A stretch of DNA of 60,805 nucleotides from Chiloscyllium plagiosum (GCF_004010195.1 NC_057719.1:61279588-61340392); one strand, 5' to 3'. Positions 37,088-49,939 are shown, counted from the first letter of the stretch. Made by a program: numbers and translations. The notes: generated by a model not told the origin, from the letters alone.

Positions 37088-37975
37088 GAAATAAGACAAC
37101 AAAATACAGGAGAAGTCGGTCATTCAGCCCATCGAGTCTGATGCATCAATGAGATCATGGTTCATATGATATACATCAACTCAATTTTCTTGCCTTTTCC
37201 CCATAACCCTCAATTCCATTGATGATTAAAAATCTACCTTAGGCTTGAGTACACTTAATGCCCCAGTTTCTACAGCCCTCTGTGGTGATGAATTCTTAGA
37301 TTCACTGCCCTTAAAGAAAAACTTTTTTCCTCATCTGTCTTAAATGGATGATTCCTTATTCTGAGATTATGCCCTCCAGTCCTCGACTCTCCCACAAGGA
37401 GAAACAACATTTCCACATTTACTCAGTCAAGAATCAGGAGATGAGTAACTCGCTGCAGAATTCCTAACCTCTGACCTGTTCTTGTAGCTCCTGTATTTGT
37501 ATGGCAAACCCATACAAATACAGGAGCTAAGAATTTGTATGTCTCAATAAGGTTGACTCTTAGGGACCACGGTGGCACAGTGGTTAGCACTGCTGCCTCA
37601 CAGCGTCAGAGACCCGGGTTCAATTCCCGACTCAGGCGACTGACTGTGTGGAGTTTGCACGTTCTCCCCGTGTCTGCGTGGGTTTCCTCCGGGTGCTCCA
37701 GTTTCCTCCCACAGTCCAAAGATGTGCAGGTGAATTGGCCATGCTAAATTGCCCGTAGTGTTAGGTAAGGGGTAAATGTATGGGTGGGTTGCGCTTCGGC
37801 GGGTCGGTGTGGACTTGTTGGGCCGAAGGGCCTGTTTCCACACTGTAAATAATCTAATCTAATCTAGTCTTCTGAATTCTAATGAGTACCAGCCTGACCA
37901 ACTTAACTTCTCCTCATAAAACAGTCCTCCATGCCTGGAATCAGCCTACTGAACCTTCTCTGAACTGCCTAAATG
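37088..37975 (-). mobile_element. CR1 3' fragment interrupted by a templated insert and an HE1 SINE
   Basis: GGAGAAGTCGGTCATTCAGCCCATCGAGTCTG reversed 3' end; resumes after 37866. Confidence 0.8.
37566..37866 (+). mobile_element. HE1-type SINE, young, full length
   Basis: GGTGGCACAGTGGTTAGC A box, GGGTTCAATTCCC B box, CpGs retained, (AATCT)n tail. Confidence 0.95.
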
Positions 37976-37989
37976 CTAATAAGAGGAAG

Positions 37990-39175
37990 CTCTGAGAGTG
38001 GCAAATCCACAGAATGTACTGTGATGGGAGATGTCAATTTCTATGACCAAGAGCGGCTTGGCATTACAACTATGACCTGAGCTGATCAAGTTCTTAAAGG
38101 ACTTGGCCTGTGGCATCTGAAGAAGGAACCATATAGAGAGAAAAATGCACTTTACATAATCCTCACTAATTTACCTGCCGTATAGGTAGGAGTGATCACC
38201 GCACAGTGAGTGATGATATAAAACGAGACTTCACATTCACATCAACCAACCTGCCACAGATGCATCTGTCCATAACGACATTAGTAGAAGTGATGACCAT
38301 AACTGACCAGAAACTGAACTGGGTTTGCCATACAAATACAGGAGCTACAAGAACAGGTCAGAGGTTAGGAATTCTGCAGCGAGTTACTCATCTCCTGATT
38401 CCCCAAAGATTGTCTACCATATACATGGTTCAAGTCAAAAGTGTAATGGTGTACTCCCCACCTACTTCAATAAGTGCAACTTTAACATTCAAGAAACTTA
38501 TCAAGATCCAAGACAAAGTAACCCACTTGAGCAGCACCACATCCACGAACATTCACTGCTTCCACCACAAACACACATCAGCAGTTAGACCACCCACAGG
38601 TTGAACCCAGATAACTCCTTATACAGCACCTTCCAAACCTCTGGCCACCACCATCTAGAAGGACAACAGCTCCAAGTACATGGGGAATCATGCTGACTTG
38701 AAAATAGATTGCCCTTCCTTCAGTGTCACTACATCAATATCCTTGCCAGATTTATACTTATATCCAAATCAAAAGGATTGCAGTAGTTTCAAGAAGGCAG
38801 CTGACCACACCTACTCAACAGCAAATAAGATGGGCAACAAATTCTAGCCTAGCCACATCCCATGAACAAATAAACAAAGAACAAGGTGCACTGTAACAGC
38901 TCACCAAAGCTCCTTCAACAAGGACAATAGATATATGAGACCACCACAGCCTGCAAGTTCCCCTCTAAGTCATGTGTCATCTTGACTGGAAACAATATCA
39001 ATATTTCTTTACTGTCGCTGAGTAAAAGCCCTGGGACCCTATTATAAGAATGCTTGCAATTGGTGAATGCAGCAATAAGGCAGCCAAGACTATCTTCTCA
39101 ATGTCAGTTAGAAGTGAGCAATAACTGTTGACCTTGCCATTAAGTGTAAGAATGCATCCCAAGAATTAATTTAAA
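37990..39175 (+). mobile_element. Old L2/CR1-group LINE fragments
   Basis: ORF 38206-38604 IT.DQKLNW..GQRLGILQRV..LSTIY.VQVKSVMVYSP; 3' end GATGGGCAACAAATTCTAGCC ~38830. Confidence 0.8.
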
Positions 39176-39177
39176 CA

Positions 39178-39660
39178 AAACACGCCTCGAAAAGGATATA
39201 CTGACCTAGAAAAGAATGCAATGCCGATATACCAATACGTTAACAGAACACTAGAGGTCAGAGTACATAAACTGGGCTTATGTTTCCTGGAGTATAGATG
39301 GTTAAAGGATTCAGATTTGTCGGATTTGAGAGGGATTGCTGGGTAAATAGAAAAAAACTTTTTTTTCTGGTAGTAGAAGAATCTTAGGGAACATGATCTT
39401 TAAATCAGAGCCAGTCAATTCAGGAAAGGAGTCAACAAACACTTCTTCAAGCAAAAAAATTATCGAAGTGTGGAATTCTCTCCCACATTCCCACAAAAAT
39501 CAGTTCACATTAATCGTAATTAATTAATAAATTTAAATTAGTTAATTTATTACTCGCCACAGACTCAAGGTAGGCAGATGAAGTAAGGATACGGAACAAC
39601 CATGATTTAATTCAATAATGCAACAGACCCAATAGGCTAAATGCGCAAGTACAGTTTGTA
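39178..39660 (+). mobile_element. Old CR1 3' fragment
   Basis: KDILT.E and GAAGTGTGGAATTCTCTCCC remnants. Confidence 0.65.
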
Positions 39661-40059
39661 TATTCCAGCATCTGTTCATATCTGGTACTTTGTTTTCTGT
39701 CCACAATGGCAACATTCACAGATGAAATAAAGTCAAATGAAGTTGATGGAACCGAAATCTCCACTCTTTGCAGGACTGGATTTAATTATCTCAGCATGAT
39801 ATGAACTACCCATAGAAATTGACAATTTAAATATGACAAAAATTACAGATAACTGACTTTAAAACTCCACTCAGCCCAAAAGGCAAAATTACAAACAAGA
39901 TTATGTATGCTAATAAGATCGATGAATGTAATGCCATGCCAACCACTGTAATAGATATAAAACAGTTCAACCTAACTGAAGTCCTAAATTTTACTCAAAA
40001 TTACTCAGCGCTTGATCAAATTCAAAAACTAAAAGTCAATGCGAAAAATGCTATCATTG

Positions 40060-40335
40060 GGTGGCACAGTGACTCAGTGGTTAGCACTACTGCCTCACAG
40101 CACCAGGAACCCAGGTTTGATTCCCATCTTGGGCAACTGTCTGTGTGGAGTTTGCACATTCTCCCCATGTCTGTGTGGGTTTCCTCCGGGTACTCTGGTT
40201 TCCTCACACATCCAAAGATGTGTAGGTCAGCTGAATTGGCCATGGTGATCTGGGTGAGTTAGTCTTCGGAGGCTTGGTGTGGACTTATTGGGCCGAAGGG
40301 TCTGTTTCCAAGCTGTAGGGAATCTGATCTGATAT
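40060..40335 (+). mobile_element. HE1-type SINE
   Basis: CAGTGGTTAGCACTACTGCCTCAC head, GGAGTTTGCACATTCTCCCC core, AATCTGATCT tail. Confidence 0.92.
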
Positions 40336-41635
40336 TGGCACTCAAAATATGAAAAGTGGAGCAGAGGAAAAAAACCAAGTGAAAACTAAATTACTTTCCA
40401 TAATATAAAGGAATGATTTTTTCATTTAATTATTTTAATTTCTACAAGCTCTCTCCAGCTTTTGTGCTTTCATCCAAAGTACCCGCACATCACAGTCATA
40501 AGTATTCTATTACAGGTTTATCTGTCCAGAGTCTCATGAAGCAGTAACAATTAACCCTCCCTTCACAGTGATTGATACAGGCTTTGCTTTCAATTTGTTC
40601 CACTACACAGATCATGAAATTCAGAGTGCGCCCATCATTACTGACCTACACTTCCACAGAAAAGTCTACATTCAGCCAAATAATAATAAAAATGAGAATA
40701 CTGCATCCACATGAAACAATCTTCAAAAGCCATACTTATAAGGATACATTTATTTAACTGCACATAAATGACTAATATTGGTCACCACAAAAAAGTCACT
40801 AATTTGAAACAATAGTTTGCTTTAACAGGTTAACAATTTTATTTATGCAGACATCAAGTCAGTTCTATAATTTCAACAAATATTTTAACACTATTGTAAA
40901 GAAGTAAAAATGTTTTCTTACTTATTTAGGTATCAGTCAGTATGCAATATATTAATAAAAGTGGCAATCAAATTGGTCAAAAAAAAGGAAGGAACCATTC
41001 TAGGTGGACACTAATAAACTTATTTTCAACAGGTTTACTGCCTCAAGTCAGTAGGCAATATCATGCAAGTATTGTCTGATCATGAGGATTATACAACTTC
41101 AATTTTGGCCTACATTTTCTAGATATCTATTGCCATGGACAAAAATAAAGGTATTACTGCACATCCAATTTGGCAGGGAAACGAAGCCCCAATTTTAGTG
41201 CATATGGGTAGTGAATTGCCAAATCTACAAATCCAATAATTGGCTTACATCACTTAACCTCATTTCATAAGTAAACTAATTTATTAAATTCTCTGGAAGG
41301 CAATAACTGTGACATCAAGTCATATCACTGTAAAAGTTATCAACTTGCCTTTTGAAAACAAAATTCTGAAGTCAGCGGAAAAGGGAATATTCCCATTCCA
41401 GTCGGTCCAAGTTAAACAAAACCATACAGACCAAATAATACAATTTTTAAAATAAAACAATACTTGAAAGACAGACAATCTATTTATACTAATACCACAT
41501 TCTGTCTATTAATAAAACGTTGGCTAAAATAATAAATCAATAAATATAGGTACTCCTTGACTTGCGTGGAAATTGACTTACAAGCGGACTCGTTTGCAAG
41601 TCGGTTTATAATAAAGACAATATAAGATGGCTGTT

Positions 41636-41729
41636 GAAAATGTGTTGCTGGAAAAGCGCAGCAGGTCAGGCAGCATCCAAGGAACAGGAAAATCGACGTT
41701 TCAGGCATAAGCCCTTCTTCAGGAAACAC
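41636..41729 (-). mobile_element. 94-bp PLE family A mini-insertion carrying a hammerhead motif
   Basis: 14-bp TSD ATAAGATGGCTGTT (41622-41635, 41730-41743); minus CTGAAGA-A-GGGC-TTAT-GCCT-GAAAC-GTC. Confidence 0.9.
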
Positions 41730-42029
41730 ATAAGATGGCTGTTCAAAAGTATAAGGAAACATTCAGGCGTCCATTATTTAAAGTTAATAAACATATACCC
41801 TGTATGGTATCACGTTCATAAGTACAAGCATTCATAAATCAGATGTAAATCTGGGATCCCGATAATCTGCAAATCTGTATAATTTCTGTTCTAATATTTC
41901 TCGAACAGAAGTACTTTCATGGAATATTAGAAACAAAATTAAGCTAAATAATCTTCTAAGTAGAAACCGTAACTAGCATTATGGTAAAAGGAAAGGTTAA
42001 ACAATTAAGGTGTATGGACAAATTCTTAA

Positions 42030-42368
42030 CATCTAGAATCCCTACAGTGTGGAAAAGCAGGCCATTCGTCAAATCGAATCCACACCAACCCTCCTAAGAG
42101 CATCCCACCCAGACCTACCCAACTACCATACCCCTCCATTTCCCATAGCTAATTCATCTTGCCTGCACATCCCTAGACACTGGGCAATTTAGCATGGCCA
42201 ATCCACCTAAGCTGTTTTGGACTGTGGGAGGAAACCAGAGCATCCAGAACAAACCCACACAGATATGGGGAGAGTGTATTAACTCCACACAGTTCCCGAG
42301 GCTAGAATTAAATCCAGCCCTCTGGCACTATAAAACAATAGTGCTAACCACCTATCCACTGTGCCACC
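42030..42368 (-). mobile_element. HE1-type SINE, older
   Basis: GGGCAATTTAGCATGGCCAATCCACCTAA and GTGCTAACCAC as in 2412-2695. Confidence 0.9.
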
Positions 42369-42644
42369 CCAACTTATCAATTAATTGACAAAGCTACGCT
42401 ATAAGATTTCACATTTTTTAAATAAAATCTAACTTAACTATACAAACAGAAATTCGGTAAAACAAGCACCACTGACTTAACATTATAACTTAGAAGTCAA
42501 ACTGGATTTTTTAAATTTTCACCCCCCAACCCCAACCCACTCAAAAATTCAATTTCTTTACAAACTTCTGAAGGTACATGCACATTTTGAAGGTACTAGG
42601 ACAAACCTAAGCAATATGCCACTTTTCTCCAGAATTCAGTTTAC

Positions 42645-42965
42645 TTTTTTTTGTTCATGGGTTGTTGCAGTTATTGCCCATCCTTAGTTGTCCAGAGGGC
42701 AGTTAAGAGTCAAGCACATTGCTGTGGATCTGGAGCCACATATAGGCCAGACGAGGTAAAGGTTTCCTTCCCTGAAGGACATTCGTGAATGAGTTGAGTT
42801 TTTACGACAATCAACAGTAGTTTCATGGTTGCCGTTATGCCAGTTTGTTTTTTGAGAATCTAAATTTCACTATTTGGCACAGTGGAATTCAAACCATATC
42901 CCCAAAACATTGGACGAGGTTTCTGGAATACTAACCCAATGAAATTACCACTATGTCACCCACTG
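42645..42965 (-). mobile_element. tRNA-derived SINE (same family as 13160-13460)
   Basis: TTATTGCCCATCC..CAGAGGGCAGTTAAGAGTCAA..CACATATAGGCCAGA..TTCCTTCCCT. Confidence 0.8.
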
Positions 42966-42984
42966 CCCTCAGAGTTTCATGGGG

Positions 42985-45900
42985 ATCCTTCTATTTGGGT
43001 TTTGAATCCACCTAGGATAACAAGTATTTCCATGATTTTCAATGTTCCTCAGGCAGTGTTCTCACTATATCATGAGATCCACACTCAATGCCATGCATCA
43101 CTGTATACATACTCTCAACCTCTCCATCAGCACCACCTCATGCTGGATCAGAGCTGGTATTTTTCAGTTCCACTTCATCCTCGGCTCATCTCATGTGCTA
43201 ACAATAAGTTTTTCTTTTCCTTTTAGGCGTGATGGATCACAACATACAACAACACAGAAATATTCACGTTCCTCAGGAACATTCCTCTCCTCCCTTTCCC
43301 TCTGACTCCTCCCCCTCTCTCAACCCCACTTCCTGCTCTGTATTTACTATCCCTTCCGACCTTCTGCTGTCTGATGCTGAATGTTCTCTACTCAGCAAAG
43401 GTCTCAGTTTTATCCCTCTGTGTCCCCACCTTAATGAATTTCAGACATGACATGACATGGAACTCTTCTTCCATTGCCTTTGTCTCCATGTCTATTTCTT
43501 TGGACAAGAGTTATCTCCCTGTTCCACAGAGCCCCTCACCTACCTCCAAACTCTCCCTCCACCTGGGTCCCTCCCTGTGGCCTTTTACCTATACTTGACC
43601 TGTTCATCAAGAACTGTGAACTTTACATTGGTCACCTCAATGTCACTGCCTTGCACCACCTCCCCCCGCCACGCCATACCCAATCTCCCTCTGAACTGAC
43701 TGCACTCTGTCCTCTCAGATCCATCACTGACTTTTTAAGTAAGCCTGTTGACAAAGGTGGTGCTGTTGCTGTCTGGCAGACTGACCTCTGTAATGTATAG
43801 GGTGAGCTCCAACTCTCAGATATCTTCTCCTATCTCCCCCGGACTATGATCCCACTATGGAACACCAGGCTAATGTGTTCACAATGGTCAGTAACCTCAT
43901 TTCCTCTGGAGATCCTCCCCTGGGAGTGCCTCCAAGCTCACCTGATGTGGGTTGTGCAGTATTAGGAGATTGTCTCCTTCCCAAAATCCATAAACAGAAC
44001 TGCCCGAACATATCCATTGCTTCTGCTTGCTCCTGCCACACAGAACTCATCTCTTCCGACTTGGACTCATTTTTTTTTTCTTGTCCAGTCCCTCCCCATT
44101 TACATCGGCAATTCCTCTGAAACTTTGTCAGTTTCAGAATTTCCAGTTTGCGGGCTTCAGCCATGGACATGTAATCCCTTTACAAATCCATCCCCATCAG
44201 GATGGTCTCAGGGCTTTCTGCTTTTTCCTTGAAAATGAACGTGAACTGTCTGTATCCACCCACGACCCTCCTCCACTTTGGCAAGCTCATCCTCACTCTG
44301 AACAACCTCTCTTTTAACTCCTCTTACTTTCTTCAGGTCAAAGGTGTGACCCATGGGTACCTGCATAAGTCCCAGTTATGCCTGTCTCTTTTTGGGGTAT
44401 GTGGAACATTCTTTGTTCCAGTCCAAATCTGGCCCCCATCCTCAATTCTTTCTGCAGTATCTGAATGTTGCTTCCCTCTCATCCAAAATTGGAAAAGTTT
44501 ATCTATTTTGCTTCCAATTTCCACCCCTCTGTCACTTTTATCTGACGCCTCCCTCCCTCTCTGTTTCCATTTCTCGGGATAGGCTGGCCACCAATATCCA
44601 CTACAAACCAAATGACCTTGACTGTATATTCACACATCCTATTTCCTGTAAAGACTCTGTTCCATTCTCCCAAATCCCTCGGCTCCGTCACATCTTTTCT
44701 GATGATGGCAACTTCAACAAGGCGGCCTCCGAAATGTCTTTCATCTTCCTTAACTAAGGATTCCTCAGCACTGTGTTATGGAGTCATACAGATGTACAGC
44801 ATGAAAATAGACCGTTTGGTCCAACTCGTCCATGCCGACCAGATATCCCAACCCAATTGAGTCCCACCTGTCAGCATCTGGCTCATATCCCTCTAAACCC
44901 TTCCTATTCATATACCCATACCAGGTTCCACCATTTCCTCTGGCAGCTCATTCCATACACATACCACCCTCTGCGTGAAAATGTTGCCCCTTAGGTCCCT
45001 TTTATATCTTTCCCCTCTCGCTCTAAACCTAGGCCCTCTAGGTCTGGATGCTCCAACCCCAGGGAAAAGACTTTGTCTACTTATCCTATCATTGCCCTTC
45101 ATGATTTTATAAACCTCTATGAGGTCACCCCTCAGCCTCTAACACTCCAGAGCCTATTCAATCTCTCCCTACAGCTCAAATCCTCCAACCCTGGCAACAT
45201 GCTTGTAAATCTTTTCTGAACCCTTTCAAGTTTCACAACTTCTTTCCGATAGGAAGGAGACCAGAATTGCAAGCAAAATTCCAACAGTGACCTAACCAAT
45301 GTCCTGTACAGCCGCAATATGACCTCCCAACTCCTGTACTCAATACTCTGACCAATAAAGGAAAGCATACCAAACACCTTCTTCACTATCCTGTCTACCT
45401 GCGACTCCACTTTCAAGGAGTTATAAACCTGCACTCCAAGGTCTCTTTGTTCAGCAACTCTCCCTAGGACCTTGCCATTAAGTGTGTATAAGTCCTGCTA
45501 AGATTTGCTTTCCCAAAATGCAGCACCTCACATTTATCTAAATTAAACTCCATTTGCCACTTCTCAGCCAATTGGCCCATCTGGTCAAGATCCTATCGGA
45601 ACTTGAGGAATCCTTCTTCGCTCTCCACGACACCTCGAATTTCAGTGTCATCTGCAAACTCACTGACAATACCTCTTGTGCCCACATCCAAAGCATTTAT
45701 ATAAATTATGAAAAGTAGTGGACCCAGCACCAATCCTTGTGGCACTCCACTGGTCACAGACCTCCAGTCTGAAAAGCAACCCTCCACCACCACCCTCTGT
45801 CTTCTACCTTTGAGCCAGTTCTGTATCCAAATGGCTAGTTCTCCTTGCATTCCATGAGATTTAATCTTGCTAACCAGTCTCTTTGTTGCTTCTTCAAAAA

Positions 45901-47280
45901 ACTCAATCAAGATCTTGAGACATGATTTCCCATGCACAAAGCCTTGTTGATTATCCTTAATCGTCTCTGCCTTTCCAAATACATGTACATCCTGTCGCTC
46001 AGGATTCCCTCCAACAACTTGTCCACCACCAATTACAGGCTCACTGGTCTTTAGTTCTCTGGCTTGTCCTTACCACCTTTCGTAAATAGTGGCACCACGT
46101 TAGCCAACCTCCAGTCTTCCGGCACCTCACCTGTGACTATCGATAATACAAATATCTCAGTAAGAGGCCCAGAAATCACTTCCCTAGCTTCTCACGGAGT
46201 TCTAGGGTACACCTAATCAGGTCCTTGGGATTTATCCACTTTTATCCATTTCAAAACATCCAGCACTTCCTTCTCTGTAATATGGACCATTGGCATGTTC
46301 TTTGACTGGATCCAGCCCATCTTCCACAGTTCAGCCCTCACCTCCTGTCTGCTCTCCCCCACCAGCGATAAAGTCCCCCTTATCCTCACTTAACATCCTG
46401 CTAGCATCCACATCCAGAGAGTCATTAGTTGCCATTTTCACCACCACAAATACCCCTCCCCTGTCATCCTTCCGCAGGGACCATTCCCTCCTGATCCATT
46501 CCTCCTTCATTCACATCATAACCCCATACAACTTTCCCCTGCAATCACAGCAGATATTACACCTGCCGGTTTACTTCCTCCCTCTTCACCAAACAAGCCC
46601 CAGACACACATTCCAAGTAAAGCAGCACTTCACTTCAGTTTTCCTGCACTTCATTCAATCTAGTCTACTGCATTCGTTGCTCATAATGCGGTCTCCTTTA
46701 CAGTGAGAAAACAAAATGTAGATTGGTGACCACTTTTCAGAACACATACACTCTGTCCATAAAAATGCCCTTGAGCTTACTTCAACACATGACTATGTTC
46801 CCTGGCCAACATCTCTGTCTCAGGCATGCTGCACGGCAAGCTGGAAGAACAGTATCTCATTTTCCAGTTGAGAACTCTGCAGCCATCAGGACTCAATATA
46901 AAGTTCAACAATTTTTGGGCTTGAGCACATTCCTCCATATCTTTCTCCCACCTCCACACACTAGGCCTTGTCATCACATGAGCTGCTACCACACACAAAC
47001 CATTGTCAATAGTCTCCATTAGCAGCTATTCATTCACGCAGGCTGACCTTCACCCAGTCCTTTTGTATGTCCAACAGTTATTATTTCTGTGGGTTCCATC
47101 TCCATCTTCCTCCAGCCCCATTGTCAGCATATATACCAACCTTTTTCTAGTTACCATCAGTTCTGAAGAAGGTTCATCAAATCCGAACCATTAACTCTGA
47201 TTTCATTCCACAGATGCTGTCAGACCAGCTGAGCTATTCGGGCAATTTTTGTTTTAGTTTCTGATTTCCAACTTCAGTAG
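42985..47280 (+). mobile_element. Penelope-like element (Neptune-type, family B), long decayed copy interrupted by CR1
   Basis: LSKGLSFIP, KPVDKGGAV, LLPKIHK, MGTCISPSYACLF, NIHYKP; GIY-YIG remnant NLVYCIRCS ~46660; hammerhead remnant 47159-47197. Confidence 0.9.
44777..46288 (-). mobile_element. CR1 LINE (RT to 3' end) inserted in the PLE
   Basis: Minus ORFs GKSCL..LIEFFEE, SGVPQGLVLGP, FADDTEI, LVRSLLEFCLQFWSP, DLRGNIFTQRVV. Confidence 0.95.
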
Positions 47281-47290
47281 TGCTTCTAGA

Positions 47291-47810
47291 TTTTCTTTCT
47301 TTTTTTTCTTCTTTTACACAGTGAAAGACACAAGGTGCATGAATCTTTATTCAGTTTCCACCACCAGGAAGAAAGGGAACACCCAAGTGGCCAGTGACAA
47401 GCAGTGCCCTTCACATCAAAGGGCAATGCAGTGTAATCAAACAATGAAGGGGAGGGCAGGGGTTAAATCAAAATAGAATTGGTCAGGGATATAATACACT
47501 CCACTCCCTGTGGTGCCCACCTCTCCCTGAACAACTCCAGGGTGTTCGGTGGACACCGCGTGCTCCTTCTCCAGAGACACTCGGGCTCTAACGTAACCGT
47601 GGAAGAGGGGCAGGCAGTCGGCCCTGATGACCCCCTCCATGGCCCGCTGCTGGATCTGTTTATGGCCAGTTTGGCCAGGCCCAGGAGCAGACCCACGAGG
47701 AGGTCTTCAGATCTGCCCTCCCCCCTCCGTACCGGGTGCCCGAAAATCAGGAGCATGGGACTGAAGTGCAACCAAAAACAGAGAAGGAAGTTTTTAAGAA
47801 AATCAAAAAG
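47291..47810 (-). mobile_element. Tx1/L1-clade LINE 3' fragment
   Basis: Minus ORFs LLIFGHP..LLLGLAKLAINRS and YVRARVSLE..FRERW resemble the Tx1 ORF2 C-terminus; AATAAA and poly(A) (T-tract 47291-47315). Confidence 0.75.
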
Positions 47811-47868
47811 ACAAATCTCACAAACGATACCTCAGCTACTTGTTAGGGTTGTTGACAGCTACATATTG

Positions 47869-48090
47869 CTGAAAATGTGTTGCTGGAACAGCGCAGCAGA
47901 TCAGGCAGCATCCAGGGAACAAGAGAATCGACGTTTCGGGCATTAGCCCTTCTTCAGGAATTCCTGAAGAAGGGCTTATGCCCGAAACATCGATTCTCTT
48001 GTTCCCTGGATGCTGCCTGACCTGCTGCGCTGTTCCAGCAACACATTTTCAGCTCTGATCTCCAGCATCTGCAGACCTCACTTTCTCCTC
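47869..48090. mobile_element. 222-bp palindromic PLE family A element with two opposed hammerhead motifs
   Basis: 15-bp TSD GACAGCTACATATTG; 93-bp inverted arms centred on GGAA|TTCC (47960/47961). Confidence 0.93.
47925..47963 (-). ncRNA. Minimal type I hammerhead ribozyme motif, core intact
   Basis: CTGAAGA-A-GGGC-TAAT-GCCC-GAAAC-GTC; palindromic ACGT in place of a stem III loop. Confidence 0.8.
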
Positions 48091-48554
48091 GACAGCTACA
48101 TATTGACTTCCTGAAGAATTTCAAGTTAAGTCTGCTGACTGCTTTCTGCCACAAAGCTCTCAGTAAAGCACGGTTTTCTTCAACGAGATACAAATTACAG
48201 CTAATGATCCAGCTGCTAATCCCTCACTGTATCCAAACTGAGACAGAGCCATCATCATCCCACATACTAAACAATTACATAAATATTTTAATTGTTTGAA
48301 ATACACACGTAACAGACTATCACCACCTGTTGGCTTTCTCACTTGGAGTCTTCACCACAATAAAACTAAAGCTGTCTCTATGCTCTCAAACTCAAGTGAC
48401 TACCGATATCAGCAACCAAATAAATTGAACAAAAGAACCTTCTATCTTAGGCACCATTGGACTGGCTCTCTTTTCCAGAATTGCTGCTTTTTAACTTCTT
48501 TTATTGAAATAATAATACTAGGTGTACCAAGAAATTCAGAAATGGGCAATTTAT

Positions 48555-49890
48555 ATATGCTGGAAATTAGAAACAAACACAAAAATTGCTGGAGAAGCTC
48601 AAGAGCTGTGGCATAATCCGTAAAAAGAAATCAGAGTTTCAGTGCTGTTCTTCCATCTTACGCTTTGATGGAATACTACAGCAAGCCTGAGACAAAGATA
48701 TTGTCCAGGGAACAAGGTGATGTGTTGAAGTTGCAGGCAACTGGAAGCACAGGGTCTTTTTTTACGGATGGAATGTCAGTATTCTGTGAAGCAGCCACCC
48801 AGACTACGCTTCAATTCTCTTATGTACAGGGGACCACATTGAGAGCAGCGAATGCAGCAGACTAGATTGACTGAAATGCAACTAAACCGCTCCTTCACCT
48901 GGAAGGTGTTTTTGGGCCCTTGGGTGATGCAGAAGAGGGAGGAAGTCAAATGGTAGGTGTTATATCTTCTACAGTTGCAGGAGAAGTTGCTACGAGGCCA
49001 CAGGCAGGAAGGAGGAATGGACCAGGGTGCCCCAGATTAACGGTCCTGGTGTATGGCAGACAAGGGAGGCAAGGGTAATGTGTGTCTGGTGAAAGCATCC
49101 CACTGGAGGTGGTAGAAATGGTGACCAATAATTCTCCAGATGTGGATGCTCGTGGAATGGTGGGTGAGGACAAGGGGGACCCTATCGCTGTTGTTGGAGA
49201 GAAGACAGGAGCTGACGGCTAAAGTCCAGATAAGCTGGACCTGGTCGAAGGCACTGTCAAACATAGTGCTGAGGAATCCTTAGTTGAGGAAGAACGTAGA
49301 CATTTCAGAGGTCACCTTGCTGAAGTTGGCATCATCAGATGAACAGGGAGAATCGAACAGAGACTTTACAGGAAGCAGGGTGTGTGAATGTATAGTCAAG
49401 GTAACTGTGGATGTCAGTTGGTTTGTAGAGGATATTGGTGACCAGCCTATCCCCAGAAATGGAAACAGAGATGCCAATGAAGGGAAGGGAGGTGTCAGAG
49501 TCAGACGAGATGAAGGCGAGAGAGAGGTGGAAACTTTGCCAATTCTTGAAGAGAGAAGAAAGGAGCACTAATGGTATCATCGATATACTGGAGAAACAGT
49601 TGTGGATAGGGGCAAAATGAGGACTGGAACAAGGAATGTTCCATGCACTCCACAAACAGACAGGCATAACTAGGGCCCATGTGGGTACCTAAGGCCACCC
49701 CTTTGACCTGAAGAAAGTGAGAGGAGTTAAAGAATTTGTTCAGGGTGAAGACGAGCTCGGCCAGTTGGACATGGGTGTGGTGGATGGGAACAGTTCAGGA
49801 CTTTTTTCAAGGAAGAAGCAGACAGCTATGAAACCATCCTGATGGTGGTTGGACATGTAACTGCATTACACATCCATAGTAGAGGAGATG
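48555..49890 (-). mobile_element. Neptune-type PLE, 5'-truncated
   Basis: Minus ORFs MGPSYACLF..QYIDDT, TNILYKPTD.HSYLDY, DRVPLVLTHH; family B terminus at 48560-48640. Confidence 0.9.
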
Positions 49891-49939
49891 GCTGGAAATT
49901 CTGAAATGCACACTACATGGATTCCAATTCAAGTTTTAT

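Noticed and set aside
37566..37632. tRNA gene
   Set aside because: tRNA-derived head runs directly into the HE1 SINE body; same for other SINE heads
40568..40713. Plus-strand terminal exon VIDTGFAFNLFHY...
   Set aside because: Acceptor-like site only; peptide unrecognised and no supporting upstream exon
47479..47946. 155-aa ORF
   Set aside because: Chimeric antisense read through Tx1, unique DNA and the PLE palindrome
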